From Candidatus Binataceae bacterium (GTDB lineage Bacteria > Desulfobacterota > Binatia > Binatales > Binataceae), in the NCBI GenBank assembly GCA_049281755.1, contig JBAPSR010000458.1, positions 1 to 39,739 of the forward strand: a stretch of 39,739 nt of DNA, written 5' to 3'. Shown here one piece after another: positions 1 to 9,784 of the stretch (position 1 is the first letter of the stretch; each line of letters begins with the position of its first letter). The notes below the pieces were generated by a model, which saw nothing but the letters and a program-made list of their open reading frames with translations, ran no database searches and was not told the origin of the DNA. A program made the position numbers and the translations under genes.

Positions 1-15
1 CCCCGGTTGCGATAC

Positions 16-1065
16 TCACGCGGCCTCCGCGATGAGCCGGATGAGATTTTCGAGATCGCCGAGGCCCAGAATGAAATTGCGCCCGTCGCCGTAGGTGTTC
101 ATCACCGCGCGCGTGACCGACGCGAGATCGAGCGTCGTGCCGGCGAGTTCGCGCTCGAGCTCGGCGATACCCGGCGAGTTTGCGATAAAGTCGCCGGTCA
201 GCATCACCCGTTCGATCGTGAAATTATCCGCGACTTCAAGCCTCGCTTCGACCGCTCCGAGCTGAGACACGATCCGATTGCCGCGATTGAACGATTGCGG
301 CCCGGCACAGAGGCGAAGCCATCGCGATGCGGCAAGCCTGGCGGCGCGGTGCTCGACTTGCGCACGCTCTTCAGGTTCGAGCGCGCGCTCGCGGATCGAG
401 CCCGCAAGCGCGCCGTAGCCGGCCGCGATCGCGCCCGCGACTTCCGCGAATCCGATATCGCGGCCGAGAATACGCACCAGCTTGGTTGCGTTCTCGGGGC
501 CGTACATCGGACAGTTCACGCCGCCTTCCGGATCGAGCTGATCGAGATCGTGTACCAGTTCTTCCATCCCGCGATTCACCGCGATTGTCGCCTCGAACAG
601 CATCGCGCCGCTGGCGGCGAGCTCGAACCAGCAGCCCGCAAACTCGCGATGCTCAAAGGTTATCGCGTCGCGTCCGGGGTAGAAACAATCCGCGCCGAGC
701 ACGCGAAAGGCGGCTAGCAATCCACGTACATAGCGATTCATCACTTGGTCGGGTTTGAGCACGGCGTCGCGCTCGGGCAGCATCGCGCCGATATGCGGCA
801 GTACGAGTGCGACGGAGATCCATCCGTCGCCGGCACCGACCGCGCGGCCGCCCGTGAGCCGCCGTATCGCGTCGACGCCTTCACGCTCTGGCTCGCCTGC
901 ATACAGATGATAGCGCCCGAGCGAGACTGCCCGCCCCGGCGAGGCATAGATGATCAGGGTTGGCGCAGTTTGATTCGAAGCGCCCGCGTCGAGCAGACAG
1001 AGTTCGAGCCCCGCAAGTTCCAGCGGCGTAATCGACGGCAGAATGATCGCATCGAGCACGGCCAC
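16..1065 (-). CDS. Lipoate-protein ligase A (LplA)-like two-domain protein (BPL/LplA/LipB fold), possibly non-catalytic
   Basis: Lies within the minus ORF 16..1359. Resemblance to LplA begins at VAVLDAIILP. The motif IRRLTGGRAV resembles LplA RRSSGGGAV, and the last ~90 aa resemble the LplA C-terminal domain. The start is uncertain. GTG at 1065 is preferred because it lies just past the lptG stop at 1119. ATG at 1185 or the ORF start at 1359 would overlap lptG. Confidence 0.6.
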   Translation of the reverse strand: MAVLDAIILPSITPLELAGLELCLLDAGASNQTAPTLIIYASPGRAVSLGRYHLYAGEPEREGVDAIRRLTGGRAVGAGDGWISVALVLPHIGAMLPERDAVLKPDQVMNRYVRGLLAAFRVLGADCFYPGRDAITFEHREFAGCWFELAASGAMLFEATIAVNRGMEELVHDLDQLDPEGGVNCPMYGPENATKLVRILGRDIGFAEVAGAIAAGYGALAGSIRERALEPEERAQVEHRAARLAASRWLRLCAGPQSFNRGNRIVSQLGAVEARLEVADNFTIERVMLTGDFIANSPGIAELERELAGTTLDLASVTRAVMNTYGDGRNFILGLGDLENLIRLIAEAA

Positions 1066-1118
1066 GCGACGATCGTATGCGCGCGCGCGAATCGCTGACA
1101 AGCGGCGCGAACCTTCGC

Positions 1119-2219
1119 TTAATGCTCTTCGCCGAACAGGAAGATCGAAAACGCGATCAGCGCGAAGGTCGTGTTCGGCAGCCATGCCGCTACCCACGCC
1201 GGCATCAGGCCCGAGCGCCCGAGCGACGAGGTAATGCCGAAGGCGAGCCAATAGCCGAAGCCGATCGCGATTGCGAGGCCGAAGCTGCGCCCGAGGCTCA
1301 GATTGCGCGGCAGAGGGTCGAGCGACAGCGCCATCCCGAGCGCGACCATGATCAAGCACGAGATCGGCATTGCGTATTTCAAATCGCGATCGACTATATA
1401 ACCGCCCGGGTCCAGCCCCTTCTGCTTGAGGCTCGCGATATAGTCATTGAGCTCCCACAGGCTGAACTCCTCTGGGTCAAGACGTAGGATTTCAAAGTCG
1501 GCGGGCTTGAGTCCGACGTGAAGCTTGTCGGTGTCGGAAGAGGTAACGGTCCCGTTCTCGCCGACCGCGTAGGTGCTGATGTCGGACGGGACCCATCGAT
1601 TGTCTTTCCATACGGCGCTGCGCGCGTGGACGATACCGCTCACCTCGAAGTCCTTGTTGACGCGGTAAACGGTGACACCGCTGAGCATTCGCTTCTTCTT
1701 GTCGTAGGCGTCGGCGGAGGCGAAGCCGTTGCCCAGGCGCACCCAGATGCGCCGGTCGGCGAACACGCCTTCGAGCTGCCGCTTCTTGAGCTCGACGTGG
1801 TAGAGGTAGGTCGCTTCGCGGGTTGCGGCTGGAACCAGCGTCTCGCTGAGCGCGAAATTGAAGATCGAGATCAGAACGGCCACGAACAGCACCGGAATCG
1901 CCATCTCGAGCCGGCTGATGCCGAGTTGCTGGCAGGCAAGCACCTCGCCCGAGCGGTTCAGGATCGCGAATCCGAGCAGCACGCCGGCAAGGCACGCGAC
2001 CGGGGTTATCTGCGAAATGATCAGAGGAATCTTGAGCGCGAAATATTCGAGCCCGATAAGTCCGAGACCGCCATATTTGATCAGATCGTTGACCCGGTCG
2101 AACATGTCGCCGAGCAGATAGGCGGCGGTGAACGCCGCGACGCAGACCAGGAACGGACCGAAGAACTGGCCCGCCAGGAAGCGGTCCATCACCGGCGAAA
2201 GGCGCGGGCGCAGCGTCAT
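1119..2219 (-). CDS. lptG: LPS export ABC transporter permease LptG (LptF/LptG family)
   Basis: Minus ORF 1119..2324, trimmed to ATG at 2219. That ATG overlaps the upstream lptF stop as ATGA (2216..2219). The 366-aa product has multiple hydrophobic helices flanking a central soluble domain, typical of the YjgP/YjgQ permease family, and begins ...MDRFLAGQFFGPFLV. Confidence 0.8.
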   Translation of the reverse strand: MTLRPRLSPVMDRFLAGQFFGPFLVCVAAFTAAYLLGDMFDRVNDLIKYGGLGLIGLEYFALKIPLIISQITPVACLAGVLLGFAILNRSGEVLACQQLGISRLEMAIPVLFVAVLISIFNFALSETLVPAATREATYLYHVELKKRQLEGVFADRRIWVRLGNGFASADAYDKKKRMLSGVTVYRVNKDFEVSGIVHARSAVWKDNRWVPSDISTYAVGENGTVTSSDTDKLHVGLKPADFEILRLDPEEFSLWELNDYIASLKQKGLDPGGYIVDRDLKYAMPISCLIMVALGMALSLDPLPRNLSLGRSFGLAIAIGFGYWLAFGITSSLGRSGLMPAWVAAWLPNTTFALIAFSIFLFGEEH

Positions 2220-3508
2220 GCGGCCTGCCTGTTTTTCTCGTAGCGTTCGACGAATTCCCACAGGAAGTCGCCGGGGCCGCGACCCTGGTTGCCCTTGTCC
2301 TGCGCGGCGCGGACGAACAGCCATACCGCCAGCACCAGGAAAACCAGGTCGGGTATGCTCATCGCGATGTAAGCGTTGAGCGAGCCGCGTTCAGCCAGCG
2401 TCCGCCCCACGCGCATGATCGAGTAGTACAGAAAGAACAGCGCCACCGCGACGCCGAAGCGCTCCGAATGTCCTCCGCGTGCGGGCTTGAGCCCCAGTGA
2501 AATGCCCAACAGCGCGAACAGCATGGTAGCGAACGGAACCATGTATTTCGCGGCGAGCTCGGTTTCGGCTTCGTGGTCGGGCTTGCCGCGCGCGCGCGCC
2601 GCGTCGATTCGCTGCAAGAGCGCGCCATATGAGAGCTCGTCGGCGTCGCGATCGAGTGAGGCTGCGCCGCCCTCCTTGGGGCGAATAGTCAAATCGTAAA
2701 CGCGAAAGCTCGTCACGTGGCTTTGATCGCTCGCGGCCTCGGAGCCAAACAGGGATCCGTCGAATAACCTGAGCGTGGTGCCGCCGGTCTTTTCGTCCGG
2801 AAGCACCAGGCCGTGAGTCGCGATAATCGTGTTCTGCTGCTTGGGATCGCGCGAGTCGGCGATCAGCACGCCGTGCAGGCTGCCGTCTTCATCGGAGATT
2901 TTGTCAACGTAGATCATGATCCGAGGCAGATCGTCATTGAAGACTTTTTCGCGCAGCCCGGCCGCCGCCTTGGTCCGGGTCAGGTAGTAGAGCTGATCCT
3001 GCAGGCGCGAGTCGGCCCACGGGCGCACCGAAAACGCAAACCACGACGCCACCAGGTACACCACAAACGCAACCACCATCACCGGCACCGCCAGCCGATA
3101 CAGACTGATTCCGCTGGCGCGCGCCGCCGTCATCTCCTGGTCGTTCGACATCCGCCCGAAGCCGAGCAGAACGCCGAGCAGCACCGCCATCCCGAGCGTC
3201 AATTCGAGGAACGCCGGCATGATGTAGGCAATAAGCCCGAGAACTTCGCCCAGGCTGACGCCGTGATTCACCACCATCTCGGTCAGCTTGAGCATCCTGC
3301 CCGTCACCAGGGTAAAGGTGAGCAGGCCCACGCCCATGCCGAACGGCAAGAGGACCTCGAGCGCAACGTAGCGGTCGATAATCGTTATTCTTGGAAACGC
3401 GAGCTTCAATAGAGCCGCCCGATTCGTGCGGGGATCATTCAGATCGAGTCCTGCGAGTCTAAAGGTTGCCGCGCGCGATTGAAACCGTTTCCCGCCTCCG
3501 ACAGGCAC
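2216..3508 (-). CDS. lptF: LPS export ABC transporter permease LptF (LptF/LptG family)
   Basis: Minus ORF of 430 aa with the same architecture as lptG and an N-terminal ...ITIIDRYVALEVLLPF motif. It is translationally coupled to lptG. The start is uncertain: the longest ORF leaves only 31 nt before divergent rlmB, so an internal start such as TTG near 3409 is possible. Confidence 0.75.
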   Translation of the reverse strand: MPVGGGKRFQSRAATFRLAGLDLNDPRTNRAALLKLAFPRITIIDRYVALEVLLPFGMGVGLLTFTLVTGRMLKLTEMVVNHGVSLGEVLGLIAYIMPAFLELTLGMAVLLGVLLGFGRMSNDQEMTAARASGISLYRLAVPVMVVAFVVYLVASWFAFSVRPWADSRLQDQLYYLTRTKAAAGLREKVFNDDLPRIMIYVDKISDEDGSLHGVLIADSRDPKQQNTIIATHGLVLPDEKTGGTTLRLFDGSLFGSEAASDQSHVTSFRVYDLTIRPKEGGAASLDRDADELSYGALLQRIDAARARGKPDHEAETELAAKYMVPFATMLFALLGISLGLKPARGGHSERFGVAVALFFLYYSIMRVGRTLAERGSLNAYIAMSIPDLVFLVLAVWLFVRAAQDKGNQGRGPGDFLWEFVERYEKNRQAA

Positions 3509-3539
3509 AAACAGCAGCGGTCTGATAACATCGGCGCCG

Positions 3540-4448
3540 ATGAAGAAAACCTACCCTCACGGCAAGCGCTTCGAGCGCCGCGACTCGCGCACGACGAATG
3601 TGGTGCCGCGCGATCCGCGCGATACTCGCGAGCGTAGCCAGATTCCAGAGCGTCGCGATGAACGCGCGATACCCGAGCGGCGCGACGGCCGCTCCGGAAG
3701 CGATCACGATATCGTCTTCGGCGCCGAGCCGGTGCTCGAGCTGGTCGCGGCCGCTCCTAACGCCGTTCGGGTGCTGCACGTCCGCGCCGGCGACGAGCGC
3801 CGCTTCGGTGCCGAAATCGAGCGCGTGCGCGCGGCAGGAGGACGCGTCGCGAGTACCGAGGAAGAGGCTCTGGCCCGGATGGCGGGGCGCGAGGCGCGTC
3901 ATCAAGGGATAATCGCAGAGGTCCGCGAATATGCGTACGCCGCCTTCGATGCGGTAATCGCCGCGGGCTACGATCCACTAATCCTGGTTGATGGAGTCAC
4001 CGACCCGCGCAATCTGGGCGCGCTGATGCGGTCGGCGGAGGGCGCGGGCGTACCGGCGGTGATTCTGGCGCGCGACCGAACGGCAGGGGTGACGCCCGCG
4101 GCGATCAAGTCGTCGGCGGGCGCGTGGGTGCATTTGAAGATCGCACGATGCGGCAATGTCGCGCGCGCGCTCGAGCAGATGAAGCAGGCGGGCTACTGGG
4201 TAGTTGCGCTCGCACCCGGCGGGACAACGTCGATCTATGAGCTCGACACGACGCGCAAGCTCGCGATCGTGGTTGGCTCCGAAGGCGCCGGGGTGCGCGA
4301 GATCGTGAAGAAAACCGCCGACTACGTGGCGGCCATCCCGATGCGCGGGCGGGTCGATTCGCTCAACGTCTCGGTAGCGGCGGCGGTCGCGCTGTTCGAG
4401 ATCGCGCGCCGGCGGATTGCGACGGCGGCAAGTTTACGTGCTCGCTGA
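3540..4448 (+). CDS. rlmB: 23S rRNA (guanosine-2'-O)-methyltransferase, RlmB/TrmH (SpoU) family
   Basis: The 302-aa ORF has a SpoU substrate-binding-like segment ([12 protein letters not shown]...) followed by SpoU methylase motifs ([40 protein letters not shown]). An Arg-rich N-terminal ~55 aa makes the exact start uncertain. The 3' end overlaps the convergent kinase gene by 15 nt. Confidence 0.8.
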   Translation: MKKTYPHGKRFERRDSRTTNVVPRDPRDTRERSQIPERRDERAIPERRDGRSGSDHDIVFGAEPVLELVAAAPNAVRVLHVRAGDERRFGAEIERVRAAGGRVASTEEEALARMAGREARHQGIIAEVREYAYAAFDAVIAAGYDPLILVDGVTDPRNLGALMRSAEGAGVPAVILARDRTAGVTPAAIKSSAGAWVHLKIARCGNVARALEQMKQAGYWVVALAPGGTTSIYELDTTRKLAIVVGSEGAGVREIVKKTADYVAAIPMRGRVDSLNVSVAAAVALFEIARRRIATAASLRAR

Positions 4449-7292
4449 GGCAGCCTCGACCGCGGATGCGATCGCATCCAGCAAAGTTGCGCGCTTGACC
4501 GGCTTGCTGACGTGCAGATCGCATCCGGCTTCGAGCGAGCGATGAATTGACTCATCCAGGGCCGATGCGCTGAGCGCGATAACCGGCGTGTGCGCGCGGC
4601 CGGTTTGAGCCTCGAAGCGTCGGATCATCCGCGTCGCGCCATAGCCGTCGAGCACCGGCATCTGGATATCCATCAGGATCAGGTCGGGTTGTCCGGCGAC
4701 GAATTTGTCGTATGCGACCTTGCCGTTTTCGGCCATCTCGAGACTATAGGGGGTCTTCTTGAGGTAGGCCTCGACCAGCATCCGGTTATCCGCCGAGTCG
4801 TCGGCCAGCAGAATCTTAAGCGGACGATCCATGATGCGTGTGGATGGTGGAGCAACCAGCGCTGGTGGTTCGGAACTTGGCGCGTCCACTGGTTCCAGGT
4901 GCGCGGTGAAATGGAACCTGCTGCCTGCGCCGGGCGTGCTCTCGACCCACACCCGCCCGCCCATCAGCTTTGCCAACCGATCGACGATGGCGAGCCCGAG
5001 ACCGCTGCCGCCGTATTTGCGCGTGGTCGAGGAATCGGCCTGCGTGAAGGGTGAGAAGACATTGGCGAGTTCGCGGGCGGTCAGGCCGATACCGGTATCT
5101 GCCACCGCGAATTCGAGCATCGCGGAGCCGTCGGCCGCCGAATCGGCGGCGGGAGCGACACTGATCGTGATCGCGCCCTGTTCGGTGAATTTGATCGCGT
5201 TGCCGACCAGGTTGATCAGGATTTGGCGCAGGCGCAGCGCGTCGCCCTCAACGATCGGGGCAACCGCGGGATCCATCCGGACCACGAGTTGAAGATGCTT
5301 TTCGACAGCGCGCACGGAAAACATCTCGCCCACGCCCGCGACCAGATCGGCCAGATCGAATCTCGCGTGCTCGAGGCTCATCCGTCCGCTTTCGACCTTG
5401 GCGAAGTCGAGCACGCCGTTTATCAGCTCGAGCAGCGCGTTGCCGCTCGAGACCACAGTGGCGAGGTAGCGGCGCTGGTCGGGGCTGAGCTCGGAATCCC
5501 ACAGCAGATCCGCCATCCCCAGGATCGCGTTCATCGGGGTGCGGATCTCGTGCGACATGCTCGAGACAAATTCCGACTTCGCGCGCGAGGCAGCCAGCGC
5601 GGCGTCGCGCGCGGCGGCGAGTTCGGACTCAATACGCTTGCGTTCGGTAAAGTTGCGTCCGGTGGTGACCAGCAGCGGCGCACCGTCGGCGCCGGTGATC
5701 ACGCGTCCGGCGAAATCAAACGGAATCCAGTCGCCGGAGACTCCAAGCAGCCGCACCTGGGTGCGGATTATCTCGCCCGGGTTGTCGAAGGACCATCCGA
5801 CCAGCCGCTTCTGCTCGGCGATATCGTCGGGATGCTCGAGTTCGAAGGCGCAGCGGCCCAGCAGGTCCGCGGAGTGGCGGCCGATGTCGTGCAACCCTTG
5901 CCCGCCAACGAACACCAGAACACCGGCGCGATCGACCGCAACGATCAGATCGGAAGACGCATCGATAACGGTGCGAAGAAATTCGTCGCGCCGGCTGAGC
6001 TCTTCCTGCGCGCGCTTGCGTTCGGCGATATTGCGCATCGTCGCGACCAGGATCGGATTTCCGTCCGGACCGGCCGAGACGCGGGCCATGAATTCGACCG
6101 GAATCCAACTGCCGTCGGGGACGATGATCCGCGCTTCGGAACGAATCGACTTGCCGGGATTTTGGAACGCCGTCTGTATATTTATGGCCTGTCCGGCAGC
6201 ATTGTCGCGATGAACAAAGTCGAGCGCGCTGTGACCGACAATCTGGGCGGACGAATATCCGAGCGTGCGCGGCCCGTCGCCGCCAACGAACCGGATCGTG
6301 GAGGTCGCGTCGATCGCGAGCACCGTGTCGGCCGAGATCTCGATCAGCGAACGGTAGTACTCTTCCTTGCGCCGCAGCTCCTGCTCGGCCAGCACCCGTT
6401 CGGTGATATCGGTTGCGATAGACATCGCGCCGACGATGCGTTGCTGCGCGTCGCGCGTTGGGGAGTACCAGACCTCGAACACGTGTCCGGCGTGATGCTC
6501 AATCGCGGTCTGCGACTTGCCGGCGAGCGCCTCGCGCGCGTGTCCGGCGGACGAGCTTTCCGGCAACACGATGTCGTAAATCGAGCGTCCGACCATTTCG
6601 TTCTGCGCCATTCCCAGCGCGGTCAGTCCGGCACCCTTCGAGAGCGTAATTGTCATTTCGGTGTCCATGACCGTCATCGTGACCGGCGCGTTGGTCAGGA
6701 CATCCTGCAAGCGGCCGTCTGCATAGTGGAGTTGAGCCTGGGTTCGTTTGAGGTCGCTGATGTCGTGGCTGATGCCAAGCGAGCATTGCTCGCCGTCAAC
6801 TTCCATAAAGACCGCGGAGATGAGAATCGTCAGACGGCGTCCGCCTTTGACTACAACGGTGGTTTCGTGGTTACGCACCACACCGGAGCGCAGAAGCCGA
6901 GCGGCGAATTCGTCACTCTCTGCTGAAGTGCGCCAGAAACCGAGTTCCTCCGGGGTGCGTCCGATGACCTGCTCGCGCGAATATCCGCTCATCCGGACGA
7001 ATTCGTCGTTTACCTCGACATAGCGTCCGGTCTCGATTCGCGTGATCGACATCGCGTCGGTGCTGTAGTGGAAGATGCGCCGGAACTTGTCGTCGTCGGC
7101 CGCGCGCGGCGTCGCGGGTTGTGTAGCGGCGTCGAGGTGCTTGGGAGTGGTCGAGTGATTCTTCATACAGCGGAGCGAACGCCACAGGAATGCGAGCCAG
7201 AGCATTGCGGCGCAACCGGGGAGCTCCAAGCATCGGGGAGCAATCGCGATGCCATCGGCGGCGCATGTTTTGCGGAACGTTGGAGGCTTCAA
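4434..7292 (-). CDS. Hybrid sensor histidine kinase (4 PAS domains, HisKA, HATPase_c, C-terminal receiver)
   Basis: Minus ORF of 952 aa. Four PAS-like repeats are visible ([13 protein letters not shown]..., [13 protein letters not shown]..., [13 protein letters not shown]..., [13 protein letters not shown]...). The H-box is [13 protein letters not shown], the N/G boxes are [15 protein letters not shown] and [10 protein letters not shown], and the receiver has LLADD...MDIQMP...SKP. No clear transmembrane segments. The start is uncertain: TTG at 7292, ATG at 7205 or ATG at 7166. Confidence 0.85.
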   Translation of the reverse strand: MKPPTFRKTCAADGIAIAPRCLELPGCAAMLWLAFLWRSLRCMKNHSTTPKHLDAATQPATPRAADDDKFRRIFHYSTDAMSITRIETGRYVEVNDEFVRMSGYSREQVIGRTPEELGFWRTSAESDEFAARLLRSGVVRNHETTVVVKGGRRLTILISAVFMEVDGEQCSLGISHDISDLKRTQAQLHYADGRLQDVLTNAPVTMTVMDTEMTITLSKGAGLTALGMAQNEMVGRSIYDIVLPESSSAGHAREALAGKSQTAIEHHAGHVFEVWYSPTRDAQQRIVGAMSIATDITERVLAEQELRRKEEYYRSLIEISADTVLAIDATSTIRFVGGDGPRTLGYSSAQIVGHSALDFVHRDNAAGQAINIQTAFQNPGKSIRSEARIIVPDGSWIPVEFMARVSAGPDGNPILVATMRNIAERKRAQEELSRRDEFLRTVIDASSDLIVAVDRAGVLVFVGGQGLHDIGRHSADLLGRCAFELEHPDDIAEQKRLVGWSFDNPGEIIRTQVRLLGVSGDWIPFDFAGRVITGADGAPLLVTTGRNFTERKRIESELAAARDAALAASRAKSEFVSSMSHEIRTPMNAILGMADLLWDSELSPDQRRYLATVVSSGNALLELINGVLDFAKVESGRMSLEHARFDLADLVAGVGEMFSVRAVEKHLQLVVRMDPAVAPIVEGDALRLRQILINLVGNAIKFTEQGAITISVAPAADSAADGSAMLEFAVADTGIGLTARELANVFSPFTQADSSTTRKYGGSGLGLAIVDRLAKLMGGRVWVESTPGAGSRFHFTAHLEPVDAPSSEPPALVAPPSTRIMDRPLKILLADDSADNRMLVEAYLKKTPYSLEMAENGKVAYDKFVAGQPDLILMDIQMPVLDGYGATRMIRRFEAQTGRAHTPVIALSASALDESIHRSLEAGCDLHVSKPVKRATLLDAIASAVEAASAST

Positions 7293-7522
7293 GACCGCAG
7301 TGGCACGGAATTGCGTGCGGCGGCGCCCGGGCCAGACGATCTCGTCCTATAAGCAGGTGGTTCCGGGGTGGTTCCAGATGACACGCCAGTGTCCCATCTT
7401 CGAACCGGCTGATGCGCGGCCGGAGATCGGTCGGTTGGCGGGTTCAGGAGGCAGGCGGGCGAGAGCAGTCGCGGGCAAGGGTGCAGGGAGTGCGCCTTTA
7501 TCCGGACTCAGCCGGGCTGAGC

Positions 7523-7551
7523 TTGACTCTTTGGAACCGTCCTAATAAGTT
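7523..7551 (+). promoter_or_regulatory. Candidate sigma70-type promoter for the tRNA/rpmG transcription unit
   Basis: TTGACT (7523..7528), a 17-nt spacer, then TAAGTT (7546..7551), about 20 nt upstream of the first tRNA. Pattern match by eye only. Confidence 0.35.
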
Positions 7552-7571
7552 TCCCTCCTTAACGTCGGTTT

Positions 7572-7643
7572 GCCGATGTAGCTCAACGGTAGAGCAACTG
7601 ATTTGTAATCAGTAGGTTGCGAGTTCGATTCTCGCCATCGGCT
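7572..7643 (+). tRNA. tRNA-Thr (anticodon UGU)
   Basis: Hand-folded cloverleaf. Acceptor GCCGATG/CATCGGC, D arm GCTC/GAGC, anticodon stem ACTGA/TCAGT with loop TTTGTAA, T arm GCGAG-TTCGATT-CTCGC. No encoded CCA. Confidence 0.9.
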
Positions 7644-7665
7644 TGGCACGGAAGGAAGGCCTAGC

Positions 7666-7751
<86 letters not shown>

Positions 7752-7778
7752 GATATACTTGGCAATGGCGCCCGGAGA

Positions 7779-7854
7779 GCGGGAATAGCTCAGTTGGTAG
7801 AGCGCGAGCCTTCCAAGCTCGGGGTCGCGGGTTCGAGTCCCGTTTCCCGCTCCA
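7779..7854 (+). tRNA. tRNA-Gly (anticodon UCC), CCA encoded
   Basis: Acceptor GCGGGAA/TTCCCGC, anticodon stem CGAGC/GCTCG with loop CTTCCAA, T loop TTCGAGT, then TCCA. Confidence 0.9.
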
Positions 7855-7912
7855 GTCCAACCCTGCGCGTGACGCTTGCGCGGGAAGCGCTTGGGTGAGG
7901 TTGCAGAACTGG

Positions 7913-7988
<76 letters not shown>

Positions 7989-8034
7989 AAATAAAATTGG
8001 TCGAATTTCACGGATCGCGCGTGAGGATCTTAAA

Positions 8035-8199
8035 ATGGCGGCAGTAAGGGAAATAATCGGGCTGGCATGTGACGGATGCAAGCGGCGCAACTATACGACC
8101 ACCAAGAACCGCAAAACGCATACTGACAAGTTTTCGATCAAAAAGTTTTGTCCGAGCTGCCGGACCCATACGCTGCACCGCGAGCACAAGGTCAGCTAA
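8035..8199 (+). CDS. rpmG: 50S ribosomal protein L33 (Zn-ribbon C+ form)
   Basis: Absent from the ORF track because it is under 60 aa. Hand translation gives MAAVREIIGLACDGCKRRNYTTTKNRKTHTDKFSIKKFCPSCRTHTLHREHKVS with stop TAA at 8197..8199. It has the CxxC...CxxC motif and the L33 signature YxTxKN. GAGGA lies ~8 nt upstream of the ATG. Confidence 0.93.
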   Translation: MAAVREIIGLACDGCKRRNYTTTKNRKTHTDKFSIKKFCPSCRTHTLHREHKVS

Positions 8200-8227
8200 C
8201 CCGGGCAAGCGCGGACGCGTGAATCGC

Positions 8228-8304
8228 GGGTCAGTAGCTCTAATTGGCAGAGCATCGGACTCCAAATCCGAGGGTTGCAGGTTCGACCCCTGCCTGGCCC
8301 GCCA
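8228..8304 (+). tRNA. tRNA-Trp (anticodon CCA), CCA end encoded
   Basis: Acceptor GGGTCAG/CTGGCCC (one G-U pair), D arm GCTC/GAGC, anticodon stem ATCGG/CCGAG region with loop CTCCAAA, T arm GCAGG-TTCGACC-CCTGC, then GCCA. It sits in the conserved rpmG-tRNATrp-secE position. Confidence 0.88.
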
Positions 8305-8346
8305 AATCATCCGCGGCCGCCGCGGCTCTTGTATGGTGATGCAAAA

Positions 8347-8550
8347 ATGGATAGCCTAAAAAGTTACCTCAACCAGGGCGTTAGTTTCGTTCAGGAATCA
8401 TGGAACGAACTCGCGAAGGTCCATTACCCGTCGCCAAAAGAAACCATGCAGGCGACGATTGTGGTTATCGCGCTGACCTTCGTGATGGCGCTGTGGCTGG
8501 GGCTGGTTGATGCGGGCGCGACCCGTATCGTGCGGGCGCTTCTGAAATGA
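8347..8550 (+). CDS. secE: Preprotein translocase subunit SecE
   Basis: ORF 8275..8550 trimmed to ATG 8347, because the upstream part overlaps tRNA-Trp. The 67-aa product has one C-terminal transmembrane helix and the SecE motif ELAKVHYPSPKET. It lies immediately upstream of nusG. Confidence 0.9.
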   Translation: MDSLKSYLNQGVSFVQESWNELAKVHYPSPKETMQATIVVIALTFVMALWLGLVDAGATRIVRALLK

Positions 8551-8641
8551 GGACGCTTCTTTGATTAGCAGACGCGGCCGAGTTTATTCGGCTGGCTCGC
8601 GACCTCAACCGATTTAAGCCACGCCACTTCGTAAGGCACCG

Positions 8642-9220
8642 ATGACTGAACCTCAGACTGACAGCGCCAAAGCAGCTAGCCCCGACTCGAAGATGAAGTG
8701 GTACGTCGTGCACACGTACTCGGGCTACGAGCAGAAGGCCAAAAAGGCGCTCGAGGAACGCGTGCGTTCGATGCACCTGGAAGACCGGATCGGTGAAGTG
8801 CTGGTCCCGGTCGAGCGGGTGCAAGAGCTCGGCAAGGGCGGTCAACGCAAGATCGCCTCGCGCAAGTTCTTTCCGGGCTACATCTTTGTAAATATGGTGC
8901 TCGACGACGAAACCTGGCACGTGATCAAGAACACGCCCAAGATCACGGGCTTCGTCGGCCACAATACCGAGCCGCCCGAAGTGCCCGAGGCCGAAGCCCG
9001 CGGAATCAAGGAACAGATGGAAGAAGGGGCGCTCAGGCCCAAACCCAAGGTTCTGTTCGAAGTCGGCGAAGCGATCAAGGTGGTTGACGGACCTTTCCAG
9101 GACTTTAACGGCACCGTCGAAGAAGTGAAGCCCGAAAAGGGCAAGGTGCGGGTCCTGATCTCAATCTTCGGACGCGCGACCCCGGTGGAACTCGACTTTG
9201 TGCAGGTAGAGAAATCCTGA
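8642..9220 (+). CDS. nusG: Transcription termination/antitermination factor NusG
   Basis: The 192-aa product has the NGN domain (KWYVVHTYSGYEQKA) and a KOW motif (GEAIKVVDGPFQDFNGTVEEV). Conserved secE-nusG-rplK synteny. Confidence 0.95.
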   Translation: MTEPQTDSAKAASPDSKMKWYVVHTYSGYEQKAKKALEERVRSMHLEDRIGEVLVPVERVQELGKGGQRKIASRKFFPGYIFVNMVLDDETWHVIKNTPKITGFVGHNTEPPEVPEAEARGIKEQMEEGALRPKPKVLFEVGEAIKVVDGPFQDFNGTVEEVKPEKGKVRVLISIFGRATPVELDFVQVEKS

Positions 9221-9312
9221 AGCATCATCAACCTACGCCGAATCGGCGCGCGCGGATGCTACGCACCCGCATCAGTTAAGCGGCGGTTGATTTTCGATCC
9301 AGTGAGAGCCAA

Positions 9313-9738
9313 GTGGCAAAGAAAGTAGTCGGACAAGTAAAGTTGCAGATTCCCGCGGGCGCGGCTAATCCCTCGCCTCCGGTCGGACCTGCGCTCGGAC
9401 AGCGCGGTGTCAATATCATGGAGTTCTGCAAGGCGTTCAACGCGCAGACCCAGGCGATGGCCGGGCTGGTGATTCCGGTGATCATCACGGTCTATGCCGA
9501 TCGCTCGTTCACCTTCGTAACCAAAAGTCCGCCCGCTTCGATCCTGTTGCTCAAGGCGGCCGGGGTCGAGAAAGGATCGCCGATGCCGAACAAGAATAAG
9601 GTCGGCAAAGTCACCCGGGCGCAGGTCGAGGAAATCGCCAAGACCAAGCTCAAGGATCTGACCGCAGCCGATCTCGCGGCGGCGGTCAATACCGTGTCCG
9701 GAACCGCGCGCTCGATGGGTATCGAGGTCACCGACTGA
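9313..9738 (+). CDS. rplK: 50S ribosomal protein L11
   Basis: GTG start. The 141-aa product shows [34 protein letters not shown], a typical L11 sequence. Confidence 0.97.
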   Translation: MAKKVVGQVKLQIPAGAANPSPPVGPALGQRGVNIMEFCKAFNAQTQAMAGLVIPVIITVYADRSFTFVTKSPPASILLLKAAGVEKGSPMPNKNKVGKVTRAQVEEIAKTKLKDLTAADLAAAVNTVSGTARSMGIEVTD

Positions 9739-9784
9739 CGAGTCCGTCCACTTAATTAGGGCGGATCACAAGGGATTATTCGCG

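Noticed and set aside
7-717. 236-aa plus-strand ORF at the window start
   Set aside because: It is antisense to the LplA-like gene, whose product has recognisable ligase motifs and a C-terminal domain. This ORF has none.
5223-6926. 567-aa plus-strand ORF antisense to the histidine kinase
   Set aside because: It lies entirely inside a gene with clear PAS/HisKA/HATPase motifs on the other strand. Its Arg/Ala/Gly/Asp/His-rich composition shows no recognisable domain. This is a typical stop-codon-poor antisense frame in GC-rich DNA.
8311-8325. CCGCGG-CCG-CCGCGG hairpin between tRNA-Trp and secE
   Set aside because: It is a short, self-complementary GC-only repeat with a 3-nt loop and no U-tract. 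Such a sequence is expected by chance in GC-rich DNA.
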